Source of the DNA: Xenococcaceae cyanobacterium
GTDB taxonomy: Bacteria > Cyanobacteriota > Cyanobacteriia > Cyanobacteriales > Xenococcaceae
DNA length: 40,000 nucleotides
NCBI GenBank assembly: GCA_051657945.1
Contig: JBOFLQ010000213.1
Coordinates: forward strand, 1-40,000
Direction of reading: 5' to 3'
Shown: piece by piece, positions 27,333 to 36,390 of the stretch
Layout: each line of letters begins with the position of its first letter
Numbering within the stretch: position 1 is the stretch's first letter
Made by a program: the position numbers and the translations under genes
The notes under the pieces: generated by a model
The model's database searches: none
What the model saw: only the letters and a program-made list of their open reading frames with translations
Told to the model about the DNA's origin: nothing

Positions 27333-27449
27333 AGGGCTAGGGAATAAGTAATAAGTAATAAGATACTTCTAACTTTTGATTTTCCCTAACCCCTAACCCC
27401 TAACCCCTACTCCCTAGCCCTTAGCCCCTAGCCCCTACTCCCTAACCCC
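27333..27449. repeat. STRR composite repeat between the response regulator and histidine kinase genes
   Basis: 'gggctagggaat', (aagtaat)x3, a spacer, then about 9 C-rich heptamers (ccctaac / ccctagc / ccctact), giving C3-4 tracts on the + strand. Confidence 0.9.
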
Positions 27450-27457
27450 TTTAAACA

Positions 27458-28741
27458 ATGTTCGATCGCAGCCGTCGTCGTCTTGCTTATTGGTTTACTC
27501 TGTCGATGGGGAGTATTCTAATTCTGTTTGCCTTTACTATCTATTACATTCAACTGCGAGAGAAAATTCGTACTTTTGACGAAGCACTCTATATGCAGAG
27601 TAAATATATTGCTTCCAAAACTCAGTATCAATTCAAGCAAGGAGAATGGCAAATCGAAACTGAAGATATTTCGGTTCGAGCAATTAAGGCTTTACCCCTG
27701 GGAATTGAAGTAGATATAGCTTATATCGGTTGGTATGATGCTGACGGTAAACTAGTACAATTCATAGGCAGTAAGACAAAAGAACCAGATCGATCGATAA
27801 TTGGGTATCAAACTCTCAACAGCGATCGCCCCTGTCAAACAGATAATCATCAACAATTGATTCGTCAGTTGACACTACCAATTCGTCAAAATAAAGTCTC
27901 GATCGGTTATTTACAAGTCGCTAATTCTCTTTGTGCGACGCAAAAAGATCTCGCCAAAACTCAGCTATTTTTAGCTTTAGGAATACCAATAACTCTCGGT
28001 TTAACTGGTTTAGTCGGTTGGTTTTTGGGGGGAGTGGCAATGAAGCCAACTCAACGATCTTACGAACAGTTACAACGCTTTACTGCCGATGCTTCTCACG
28101 AATTACGCGCTCCAATCGCCGCTATCTTAAGTAATGCTCAAGTCGGTTTGCTAGCACCATCTCCCGATAGTTCTCAACCGCGTCAAAGATTGGAAAATAT
28201 CGTCACCATTACTAAATCAACTAGCAGTTTAATTAGTAATTTACTGTTTTTAGCGCGTCACGAAGGACAATTAAATCCTCAAGATTTGCAAACGATCGAT
28301 CTGAGTATTTTTCTGCAACCTTTAATTGATGAATATACTGCTTTAGCAACAGAAAAAAAATTAAATTTTGTCAGTTATCTTTCTTCTCAAACATTCAAAA
28401 TTAAAGCAGATCCAGAACTTTTACAACAGGCTCTCAAAAATATTCTTACCAATGCTTACAAATATACATCTGTTGATGGAACGGTTCGTTTGACGCTTGC
28501 TATCAAAACACGTCGAGCTATTATTGGAATTGAAGATGATGGCATTGGTATTCCCGAAGCAGATTTACCCCATATTTTCGAGCGCTTTTATCGAGTAGAT
28601 ACAGCTCGATCGCGCGAGACGGGCGGTTTTGGTTTGGGTTTAGCGATCGCGCAACAGATTATTAGAGCGCATAACGGTCAAATTACTGTAGAAAGCACCC
28701 TTGGTAAGGGTACGAAGTTTGAGATTATTCTACCTTCTTGA
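27458..28741 (+). CDS. Sensor histidine kinase (two TM segments, periplasmic loop, HisKA + HATPase_c)
   Basis: H-box '[16 protein letters not shown]', N-box '[11 protein letters not shown]' and G-boxes 'EDDGIGIP' / '[10 protein letters not shown]'. Confidence 0.92.
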   Translation: MFDRSRRRLAYWFTLSMGSILILFAFTIYYIQLREKIRTFDEALYMQSKYIASKTQYQFKQGEWQIETEDISVRAIKALPLGIEVDIAYIGWYDADGKLVQFIGSKTKEPDRSIIGYQTLNSDRPCQTDNHQQLIRQLTLPIRQNKVSIGYLQVANSLCATQKDLAKTQLFLALGIPITLGLTGLVGWFLGGVAMKPTQRSYEQLQRFTADASHELRAPIAAILSNAQVGLLAPSPDSSQPRQRLENIVTITKSTSSLISNLLFLARHEGQLNPQDLQTIDLSIFLQPLIDEYTALATEKKLNFVSYLSSQTFKIKADPELLQQALKNILTNAYKYTSVDGTVRLTLAIKTRRAIIGIEDDGIGIPEADLPHIFERFYRVDTARSRETGGFGLGLAIAQQIIRAHNGQITVESTLGKGTKFEIILPS

Positions 28742-28779
28742 CCAAAGAATTTTCAAAATTCTTCGCTCAATTTTTTGTG

Positions 28780-28938
28780 TTAACCAGGACAATAAGATGG
28801 TTGAGTAATAGTTCTTTGACCGGTATTGGGTGTAGGATAACGAGTCAGTACGATTTGACCCTGAGCATTAACTGCTATTCCTCTTGCAGGAATAATTTGA
28901 TCAGATGATACATGTTTGCGATTGCGTAGCACGACCGT
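28780..28938 (-). pseudogene. Out-of-frame C-terminal tail of the TpsA-like gene
   Basis: A 52-codon open segment in a different frame from the main ORF encodes '...DQIIPARGIAVNAQGQIVLTRYPTPNTGQRTITQPSYCPG*'. It resembles the tail I recall after 'TGRGGLP' in cyanobacterial FHA-type proteins (A.GW..N..G.V.L ... C). Confidence 0.45.
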
Positions 28939-31525
28939 TCATGAGATCGCTCGTCTTAACTTCCTCTGCTCCTCCGCTTCTGGGCTCCTCCGCTTCTGGG
29001 CTTTCCTGCCCACCAGACACTCTAATCACCTCACTCTTAAGCGGTTCGGTTGGAGAAGGAGGCATACCGCCACGTCCTGTAATTGTAAAGCTATTGCCTT
29101 GTGCTACATTACCTGAAGCACTGCAAGTTGATGCTGCTGTTTCATCTGGAGCGATAATATTTTGAGGTGTTTGTACTTTTTCTAAAGAAAGATTTGATTC
29201 TTCATAGTCATTTCTGTCCGAATTGTTTGACTGAGAATTCTCAGAAGTAGAATTAATGTCATTTTCTCCGTTATTGCGGATTTGTTTTAGATCTTCGCTA
29301 GGTAAGAATTGTTGAATGCGATCGCGATCGAATCCATATACACTTTCAACTTTGAGCGCGATTGTTCCACCTTGTCCTTGTGCCGCAGTAGCAATAATAT
29401 CGTTATTTTGATTGGGGAAAGCAACAATAAATCCGTTAGGAGAATTAATATTAATATTCCCTCCATTAGCATTACCAGTTACCTGTGCGGAGATAGTGCC
29501 ACCGTTACGCATTGATAGGATATTAGTGAAGTTTAGATTAATGTCACCGCGAGGATCGCCAGCAGCGCCTTCTCCTAAAATACCGACACCGATTCGACCT
29601 CCATTTGTAAGATCTAAATTTCTTGTCAAAATATTTACCCCACCAGCATTTCCTTTGCCTGTCTTTTCTACTTCAGTGGCGATCGAACTAGCAACACCAT
29701 CTTTGCTTCCATCAACTCTAATGGTGTCAGAGGCATTAATGTTAACCTTTCCTGCATTTCCTTCCCCTTGGATAACAGAACCGATCTGAGCGCCATTGCT
29801 AATAGATAAGTTTTTGGTGGTAATTTCAATGCCCCCGCCATTTCCTTTCCCATTAAGACCAACTCCACTTCCAATTGAGGTTGGAACCTCATTTATCCGT
29901 CCATCAACAGTAATATTGTTAGAGGCATTAATTTTAATTACACCTCCGTTTCCACCTACTCCTATTGTTTTAAAGACACCAGCACCAATCTGACCTGCAT
30001 TAGTAACATCTAAGTTTTTAGTAGTGATATCAATTACACCAGCATTTCCTTGACCTTCACCACTTGTTCCACTAGTAATGCCACTAAAAATACCGTTGTT
30101 TTTGTTGTTGCCATCTATTCTGACAGTGTCAGAGTCTTTGATTGTGACATTTCCTGCGTTTCCTTCTCCCAAATTACTAGCACTTACCTGAGCTACATTA
30201 TTCACAGATAAATTTTTAGTCGTCAGAAAAATATCGCCAGCATTTCCGATCGCTTTGGGACGAGTTATCTTTCCAGTTACTTCGTCTTGTTTTTGGTTTC
30301 GTATGATACTTGTAATTCCGATAAAACTACCAATTCCGTCTCCTTCGACGGAAATGCGATCGCCAGCGTTAATCGTGATATTACCTCCATTTCCTTCTTT
30401 AAAATTATCGGCGCTAATTTGACCTCCATTAGTGAGAGATAAATTATTGGTAGTAATAGAAATATTGCCAGCATTTCCAATGCCGACTACGGAAGTAGCG
30501 ATCGAGCTACGATTGTCATCTTGACTTCCGTCAACAATGATTCGATCGGAAGCATTAATTCTGACTTTATTTCCATCTCCATCTGTGTTGCTCGATATTC
30601 TAGAGCCATCTTTGAGCAAAACCGAACTAGTAGCATCAACGTTAATGTTTCCTGCTTGTGCTGTTATTGAACCTAGATTTTGAGCTATTCCTGCTTCAAG
30701 AGAACTAATTCCCGACATATTTAAATTATTAGCATTAACGGCGATCGAACCGCCACCGCCAGCACTCACATTAACTGACGCGCCATTATTTAAAGTAATA
30801 TCTCCTCGTTGCACTCCTACAGGAAAGTTCAAACTACCATCGCCAGATAAACCTACTCTTCCCACGCCAGTGAGAGAACCTAATTCTATTTTTCCTCCTG
30901 GTGCGATTAGTTTACCGCGATCGAAATCGAGATTGCCGCCGACAAGTGAAATATTTTTGTTTGGTTTTACTTCCAATCCAGTTGCAGAATTATTGGCAAT
31001 TGGTTGGGGATTATCACGAAGATTTAATCCGATCGGTGCATTTATAGTTAGTAAGGGTTTTGTTTGAGTATTGGTAGCGCTAAATTCTGTTCCGTCGATA
31101 AAGGAAAGACTATCGGCAGTACTTCCCAAAAATGAACCGCCGATATCTAGTCTGGCATTCTCTCCAAAAATAATTCCTGCGGGATTGATTAAAAATAAGT
31201 TGGCGCTACCATTGGCTTTTATTAATCCATTAATATCCGATACCGAACCGCCTGTAACTCGATTGATAATATTTTCGACATCGGGAGCATTATTAAAATT
31301 CGCCGAACCGCCATCAGGTACGGAAAAGTTACCGAAACTGTGATAGAGATTATTTCCAGCGCGATTGCCTTCGTTAATTTCAAAATTGCTGTTATCTGGT
31401 GAGGCTACGTTTGTATTCGTAGTGCCATCAGCAGAAATATCTTGTGCTATGGCAGGACTAGAAGCAAATAAAGAAAAAAAAGTAAAACAACCAAGCTTAA
31501 GTAATATCGAACTAGCTTTTATCAT
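28901..31525 (-). CDS. TpsA/filamentous-haemagglutinin-type secreted beta-helix protein
   Basis: Signal peptide, then an N-terminal TPS (haemagglutination activity) domain ('NNLYHSFGNFSV', 'NIINRVTGG', 'LFLINPAGIIFG'). This is followed by about 6 copies of a roughly 60-aa 'GNAGnI.ITT.NL.vtNGaqIsa...GeGNAGnv.InA.d.i.vdG' repeat and the motif 'TGRGGMPPSP'. Confidence 0.85.
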   Translation of the reverse strand: MIKASSILLKLGCFTFFSLFASSPAIAQDISADGTTNTNVASPDNSNFEINEGNRAGNNLYHSFGNFSVPDGGSANFNNAPDVENIINRVTGGSVSDINGLIKANGSANLFLINPAGIIFGENARLDIGGSFLGSTADSLSFIDGTEFSATNTQTKPLLTINAPIGLNLRDNPQPIANNSATGLEVKPNKNISLVGGNLDFDRGKLIAPGGKIELGSLTGVGRVGLSGDGSLNFPVGVQRGDITLNNGASVNVSAGGGGSIAVNANNLNMSGISSLEAGIAQNLGSITAQAGNINVDATSSVLLKDGSRISSNTDGDGNKVRINASDRIIVDGSQDDNRSSIATSVVGIGNAGNISITTNNLSLTNGGQISADNFKEGNGGNITINAGDRISVEGDGIGSFIGITSIIRNQKQDEVTGKITRPKAIGNAGDIFLTTKNLSVNNVAQVSASNLGEGNAGNVTIKDSDTVRIDGNNKNNGIFSGITSGTSGEGQGNAGVIDITTKNLDVTNAGQIGAGVFKTIGVGGNGGVIKINASNNITVDGRINEVPTSIGSGVGLNGKGNGGGIEITTKNLSISNGAQIGSVIQGEGNAGKVNINASDTIRVDGSKDGVASSIATEVEKTGKGNAGGVNILTRNLDLTNGGRIGVGILGEGAAGDPRGDINLNFTNILSMRNGGTISAQVTGNANGGNININSPNGFIVAFPNQNNDIIATAAQGQGGTIALKVESVYGFDRDRIQQFLPSEDLKQIRNNGENDINSTSENSQSNNSDRNDYEESNLSLEKVQTPQNIIAPDETAASTCSASGNVAQGNSFTITGRGGMPPSPTEPLKSEVIRVSGGQESPEAEEPRSGGAEEVKTSDLMNGRATQSQTCII
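28968..29002. repeat. Perfect 16-nt tandem duplication (2.2 copies) inside the TpsA-like CDS
   Basis: 'gctcctccgcttctgg' at 28968-28983 and again at 28984-28999, plus 3 further matching nt. The unit length is not a multiple of 3. Confidence 0.95.
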
Positions 31526-31604
31526 CGATATAATCTTTTATTATTGAGGTTGTGCCAAGTTTAAAAAATTATACCGAGACGAGCTGTAATACATCTTGAG
31601 TTGC

Positions 31605-31892
31605 CTATTGTTTTAAGATTCTGATGTATTCATTGTTGATGCTTCGTCAAACTGACTTTTCCAGAAAAGATTTACCAATTATTGAGCGTTTTAGTGCATT
31701 GAGTGAACTGATACCAACTAGTGTCAGAAATCGACTCAGCCAGGAGTGATTCTTGACAATGTTCGCAACTTTCAAATCTTCATAGACACACATTGTTAGA
31801 GTGGACTACGCTCCAGCAAGCTTTATGCTCCAGTCTTTACGCTGCCTGAGTATTTTTAAATGAACTTTGCTCAGTCGTTTTCGGCTACGGTA
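31605..31892 (-). pseudogene. Degraded, 5'-truncated tnpB relic
   Basis: The minus strand reads 'RSRKRLSKVHLKILRQRKDWSIKLAGA*STLTMCVYEDLKVANIVKNHS', then after a frameshift 'LAESISDTSWYQF...'. This parallels 'RSKNRAKFRNKLARKHLKVSRQRKDFAVKLARCVVQSNDLVAYEDLKVRNMVRNRHLAKSISDAAWTTF' of the intact copy at 12641. It contains an in-frame stop and a frameshift, and the N-terminal half is absent. Confidence 0.8.
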
Positions 31893-31924
31893 AAATTATT
31901 CTTACAACATCGTAAGAGTTTTTT

Positions 31925-32383
31925 ATGAATTGGGTTAATACTACTCAAACCGCTATTCGTTTAGGAATTTCTAGTGCAAGAGTCAGACAATTACTTGCAG
32001 AAGGTAGGATAAAAGGAGCTTATAAAATCGGCAAATATTGGATGATTCCTTTGTTTAATGGCAAGCCATCGATTCAACTCGGTCAACGTGGGCCAAAACC
32101 CAAATGGAGTAGCGCTCGTGCTACTGCAAAAACAAAAATTTATATCAATCGTTCTAAATTAGCTCAAAATCACGATCGAGGAACTTTCCATCCAGTAATT
32201 AGTGTCAATCAACTCGATCGCAATTTATACGCTAATGAAGTCGAGATCGATGGCCCGTGTCGAATAGTGTATCAGCCCGAAAAAGAAAAGAATCCTAGAA
32301 TTTGGATTGAAACCTTTTCTCAAGTTCGAGTAATGAATTTTGAAGCCGATCGAGCCCAAAAAACTTGCCTAACTCTTAGTTGA
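31925..32383 (+). CDS. Helix-turn-helix (excisionase/MerR-like HTH_17) DNA-binding protein
   Basis: The N-terminus 'TTQTAIRLGISSARVRQLLAEGRIKGAYKIGKYWMIP' is a typical excisionase-family HTH. I do not recognise the C-terminal 100 aa. Confidence 0.65.
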   Translation: MNWVNTTQTAIRLGISSARVRQLLAEGRIKGAYKIGKYWMIPLFNGKPSIQLGQRGPKPKWSSARATAKTKIYINRSKLAQNHDRGTFHPVISVNQLDRNLYANEVEIDGPCRIVYQPEKEKNPRIWIETFSQVRVMNFEADRAQKTCLTLS

Positions 32384-32454
32384 GTAAATGCAATTTTTTA
32401 AGCTCCCGAAGTGCTACTACTCTAATGCGGATCGATCGAGACAAGTTTTATCTT

Positions 32455-32490
32455 TCACAATGAACCATGAACGATGAACGGTAAACACCG
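32455..32490. repeat. STRR heptamers (atgaacN)
   Basis: 'caatgaaccatgaacgatgaacggtaaaca' lies immediately 3' of the glgP stop. Confidence 0.6.
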
Positions 32491-32491
32491 A

Positions 32492-35026
32492 TCAAACTAA
32501 CAAACACTGTCCCGACGGACATAAATCTTCTAGTTCGATCTTGACTGGTTCGACATGCCAAATATCTTTACTGTATTCGCAAATGGCTCGATCGCTGGAA
32601 AATTTGCCCATGCGTGCGGCATTGAGAATTGACATTTGCGTCCACTTGTCGCGATCGCTATAGGCTTGACTGACTCGATCTTGACACTCAAGATAAGATT
32701 GATAGTCGGCAAACAGTAAATATTGGTCTTGATACATCAAAGAATCGATTAAAGGTTTGAATAGTTGCACGTCGCCGTGAGAGAAGAATCCAGATAAAAT
32801 AAGTTCGATCGCTTCTTGCAATTCAGGACTAGCATTGTAGTAATCGGCTGGTTTGTAACCTCTGGCTTTTAGTGCATAAACTTCGCCGGCTGTCAAACCA
32901 AACAAAAAGAAGTTATCCGCGCCTACTTCTTCACGAATTTCCACATTAGCGCCATCAAGAGTACCGATCGTCAATGCACCATTCATTGAGAATTTCATAT
33001 TGCCAGTACCAGAAGCTTCTTTGCCAGCAGTAGAAATTTGTTCGGATAAATCGGCGGCGGGATAGATGCGTTGACCGTTAGTAACGTTATAGTCGGGTAA
33101 GAAAACTACTTTGAGGCGATCGCTGACATCGGGATCTCTGTTAATCACATCGGCGACTGAATTGATAAATTTAATCATCAATTTTGCCATTATGTAGCCT
33201 GGTGCGGCTTTTCCACCAAAGATAAAAGTGCGCGGCGCAATATCGAGGTTGGGATTGTATTTGAGGCGATTATAGAGAGTAATAATGTGTAAGACATTCA
33301 AATGTTGGCGTTTGTATTCGTGAATTCTTTTGACTTGAATATCGAACATCGAATCGGGATTGACGATCGCGCCCGTAGATTGTTGAATGTGTTTGGCTAG
33401 TTCGGTTTTAGCTGCCAATTTAATTTCAAGCCATTTTTGTCTGAAAGAATTGTCAGAGGCGAAAGATTCTAATTTTTTCAGTTCGTCGAGATTGGTTATC
33501 CAGCGATCGCCGATTGTTTCTGTAATTAATTTTGCCAAACGCGGATTGGAGAGTAACATCCAACGTCGAGGAGTAACGCCGTTGGTTTTATTGTTGAATT
33601 TTTCGGGGAAGAGTTCGTAAAAATCGCGTAAAATATCTTTTTTGAGCAATTCTGTATGCAATTTCGCTACGCCGTTGATGCTGTGGCTGCCCACAGAAGC
33701 TAAGTGTGCCATTCGTACGAATTTCTCACCAGCTTCATCGATTAAAGATAGACTTCTCAGTTTGTTATTGTCGCCAGGATATTTAATACGTACCTCATCG
33801 AGAAAGCGTTGGTTGATTTCGTAGATAATTTCTAAATGCCTGGGCAAGACTTCGTTAAACAGACTCAGCGACCATTTTTCTAATGCTTCTGGCAGAAGAG
33901 TATGGTTGGTGTAGCTGAATGTTTTTTGAGTAACTTCCCATGCTTTATCCCAATCGAGATGGTGTATGTCTATTAACAAACGCATCAATTCAGCGATCGC
34001 AACGGCGGGATGAGTATCGTTGAGTTGAACGGCAAAGTTGTCATTAAAATTTTCTAACCCACTGTTTCCTGCCATCAAATGAAGGCGAATCATATCTTGC
34101 AGCGAACAAGAAACAAAAAAGTATTGTTGTTCGAGACGCAAACGTTTGCCTTGAATTTGTTCGTCGTTGGGATAAAGAATTTTGGTGATATTTTCGGAAC
34201 TTATTTTTCGATCGACTGCGCCGTAATAGTTACCGACGTTAAACGTTTGAAAATCAAACGATTCGATCGCTTCAGCCTTCCACAAGCGTAAAGTATTGGC
34301 AGTACTAACTTGATATCCGAGTATGGGGTTATCGTAGGGAATGCCCTTGATAACGCGATCGGGAACCCAACGTACGCGATAATTATTATTATCGTCTTCG
34401 TAAGCAACGGTATGACCCCCAAAACTTACTTCTACCGATTGTTCGGGACGGGCAATTTCCCACGGATAGCCATAGCGCAGCCACTTATCGGTAATTTCTA
34501 TCTGCCAACCATCGCGAATTTCTTGGTCGAAGATGCCAAATTCGTAACGAATGCCATAGCCGATCGCGGGAATTTCTAAACTGGCTAAAGAATCGAGATA
34601 ACAAGCTGCCAATCTTCCCAAACCGCCATTTCCCAAACCTGGTTCTTCTTCTTCGGCAATTAATTCCGATAAATCCAAACCAGATTCTTCGACAGCGCGG
34701 CGTACTCGTTCGTAGATACCTAAATTATGCAAATTATTGGCTAATTGTGGGCCAATTAAAAATTCTGCTGAGAGATAACTAACGACGCGAACATCTTTTT
34801 TTAGGTATGTTTGCGTTGTATTCAACCAACGATGTAGCAGGCGATCGCGCACTGTATAAGCCAGTGCCATATAATAATCATTTTTAGTAGCAACGCCAGG
34901 GAATGCACCCTGGAGGTAGAAAAGATTATCGGATAAAGCACGTCTGAGAGTTTCGATACTCAATCCCGTGCGATCGTCTTCTACCACGATTTGAGTTGCT
35001 TGTGACGTTGGCTGTATTTGTGTCAT
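32492..35026 (-). CDS. glgP: Glycogen/maltodextrin phosphorylase
   Basis: 844 aa, with the PLP-lysine block 'EASGTGNMKFSMNGALTIGTLDGANVEI' and 'GLGNGGLGRLAACYLDS'. Confidence 0.93.
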   Translation of the reverse strand: MTQIQPTSQATQIVVEDDRTGLSIETLRRALSDNLFYLQGAFPGVATKNDYYMALAYTVRDRLLHRWLNTTQTYLKKDVRVVSYLSAEFLIGPQLANNLHNLGIYERVRRAVEESGLDLSELIAEEEEPGLGNGGLGRLAACYLDSLASLEIPAIGYGIRYEFGIFDQEIRDGWQIEITDKWLRYGYPWEIARPEQSVEVSFGGHTVAYEDDNNNYRVRWVPDRVIKGIPYDNPILGYQVSTANTLRLWKAEAIESFDFQTFNVGNYYGAVDRKISSENITKILYPNDEQIQGKRLRLEQQYFFVSCSLQDMIRLHLMAGNSGLENFNDNFAVQLNDTHPAVAIAELMRLLIDIHHLDWDKAWEVTQKTFSYTNHTLLPEALEKWSLSLFNEVLPRHLEIIYEINQRFLDEVRIKYPGDNNKLRSLSLIDEAGEKFVRMAHLASVGSHSINGVAKLHTELLKKDILRDFYELFPEKFNNKTNGVTPRRWMLLSNPRLAKLITETIGDRWITNLDELKKLESFASDNSFRQKWLEIKLAAKTELAKHIQQSTGAIVNPDSMFDIQVKRIHEYKRQHLNVLHIITLYNRLKYNPNLDIAPRTFIFGGKAAPGYIMAKLMIKFINSVADVINRDPDVSDRLKVVFLPDYNVTNGQRIYPAADLSEQISTAGKEASGTGNMKFSMNGALTIGTLDGANVEIREEVGADNFFLFGLTAGEVYALKARGYKPADYYNASPELQEAIELILSGFFSHGDVQLFKPLIDSLMYQDQYLLFADYQSYLECQDRVSQAYSDRDKWTQMSILNAARMGKFSSDRAICEYSKDIWHVEPVKIELEDLCPSGQCLLV

Positions 35027-35098
35027 TGGTAATTATTCTATCTAAGGAATTGTCTCGAACCTAACTTTGACAATATCTTTCTTCTTAATTTACCGCGA

Positions 35099-35126
35099 GT
35101 AGAGACGCGACATGTCGCGTCTCTAC
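35099..35126. repeat. Perfect 28-nt palindrome (GTAG...CTAC family)
   Basis: 'gtagagacgcgaca|tgtcgcgtctctac', with 14-bp arms and no loop, in the pstB-glgP spacer. Confidence 0.9.
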
Positions 35127-35144
35127 ATATTCAATTAGATAGCG

Positions 35145-35187
35145 AAAAAGCACCAAGCCAAATATTAAAATTGGTTCGATGCTTTTT
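35145..35187 (-). terminator. Candidate bidirectional terminator downstream of pstB
   Basis: aaaaagca/tgcttttt and ccaa/ttgg pairings with A/T runs on both sides. The stem is interrupted by a 5-nt bulge. Confidence 0.4.
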
Positions 35188-35269
35188 GAAACCGAATTAC
35201 AGTCTCGATCGAGAAATAAAAAATTTGTTTTCTATTCCCTATTTCCTATTCCCTACCCCGAAAGAATAA

Positions 35270-36076
35270 TTAACCGAAACGACCGCTAACGTAATCCATA
35301 GTTGCTTCTTCTTTGGGATTTTGGAAAATAACTTCGGTACGATCGTGTTCGACTAAGTAACCTTGACGGTTTCCTTTTTCTGCGGTGTTAACGTTAAAAA
35401 ATGCCGTCCAATCTGCTACCCGCGATGCTTGTTGCATGTTGTGAGTAACGATGACGATCGTGTATTTTTCTTTTAATTGATGGATTAATTCTTCTACTTT
35501 GAGAGTGGAAATTGGGTCTAGTGCCGAACAGGGTTCGTCCATTAAAACTACATCTGGTTGCAATGCTACAGCCCTAGCGATACACAATCTTTGCTGTTGT
35601 CCACCAGATAAAGCCAAACCACTTTGTCTAAGTTTATCTTTAACTTCGTCCCAAAGCGCGGCTTGTCTGAGAGATTTTTCGACTAGTTCGTCCATATCGC
35701 CTTTGTATTTGTTAACTCTAGCACCGTAAGCGATATTGTCATAAATAGATTTGGGAAAAGGATTTGGTCTTTGAAAAACCATACCAATTCTTCTTCTCAC
35801 TTGTACGGGATCGATATCCGAACCGTAAAGATTTTGATTGTGATAATTAATTTTACCTTCAAGTTTGAAGACGGGAATCAAATCGTTGAGACGATTGTAA
35901 CAACGCAGTAGGGTGCTTTTACCGCAGCCAGAAGGGCCGATAAATGCTGTTACTTGATTCTTAGGAATATCTAGATAAATTCCTTTGAGAGCGAGAAAAT
36001 CTCCATAGTAAATGTTGACATTCTCTGCACTCAAAACGGTCTCTGTGCGGCTGGCAGTTGCTCTATCGAATACCAT
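35270..36076 (-). CDS. pstB: Phosphate ABC transporter ATP-binding protein
   Basis: Walker A 'GPSGCGKST', signature '[14 protein letters not shown]' and PstB-typical '[17 protein letters not shown]'. Confidence 0.92.
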   Translation of the reverse strand: MVFDRATASRTETVLSAENVNIYYGDFLALKGIYLDIPKNQVTAFIGPSGCGKSTLLRCYNRLNDLIPVFKLEGKINYHNQNLYGSDIDPVQVRRRIGMVFQRPNPFPKSIYDNIAYGARVNKYKGDMDELVEKSLRQAALWDEVKDKLRQSGLALSGGQQQRLCIARAVALQPDVVLMDEPCSALDPISTLKVEELIHQLKEKYTIVIVTHNMQQASRVADWTAFFNVNTAEKGNRQGYLVEHDRTEVIFQNPKEEATMDYVSGRFG

Positions 36077-36189
36077 CTTGTTTAATTACTCTATTTAGCG
36101 AAAGTGAGGAGTTTGGATTTAATTTATTAATTCGCCATACAATTTTACGCGAATATGGTTATTAAATACTTAAAAAGATCGTCTTTTAT

Positions 36190-36219
36190 ATTAACCAATT
36201 CTTAATCTATATTTGTTGG
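36190..36219. promoter_or_regulatory. Pho-box-like direct repeats (candidate SphR/PhoB site)
   Basis: 'ATTAACCA att CTTAATCT ata TTTGTTGG': 8-bp units at 11-bp spacing. They match the Synechocystis Pho-box unit CTTAACCT at 6/8, 7/8 and about 2/8 positions. The site lies 115-145 nt upstream of pstB. Confidence 0.3.
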
Positions 36220-36390
36220 TATGAAATCATTAATTATTGGTGCTAACAACTGTTGACGGTCTGAATTAATGCTGTTAGTTATTAACTCAGGTAATTGTTG
36301 CACAAAATCTGCATATTTTTTATTGGTTATTTGTGATTTGTTGTTTTTGCCTGCGATCGATAACAATAAGTAATCAGTAGCTCGTTACTT

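Noticed and set aside
27384-27449. (CCCTAAC)n as a genuine telomere or a sign of eukaryotic contamination
   Set aside because: It is embedded between two bacterial two-component genes in HIP1-rich cyanobacterial sequence. It belongs to the same heptamer STRR family seen in other spacers of this window.
28905-31547. Many 60-125-aa ORFs on both strands inside the TpsA-like gene
   Set aside because: They are artefacts of the Gly/Asn/Ile-rich repetitive coding sequence. Only the minus-strand 874-aa frame carries the TPS domain and a signal peptide.
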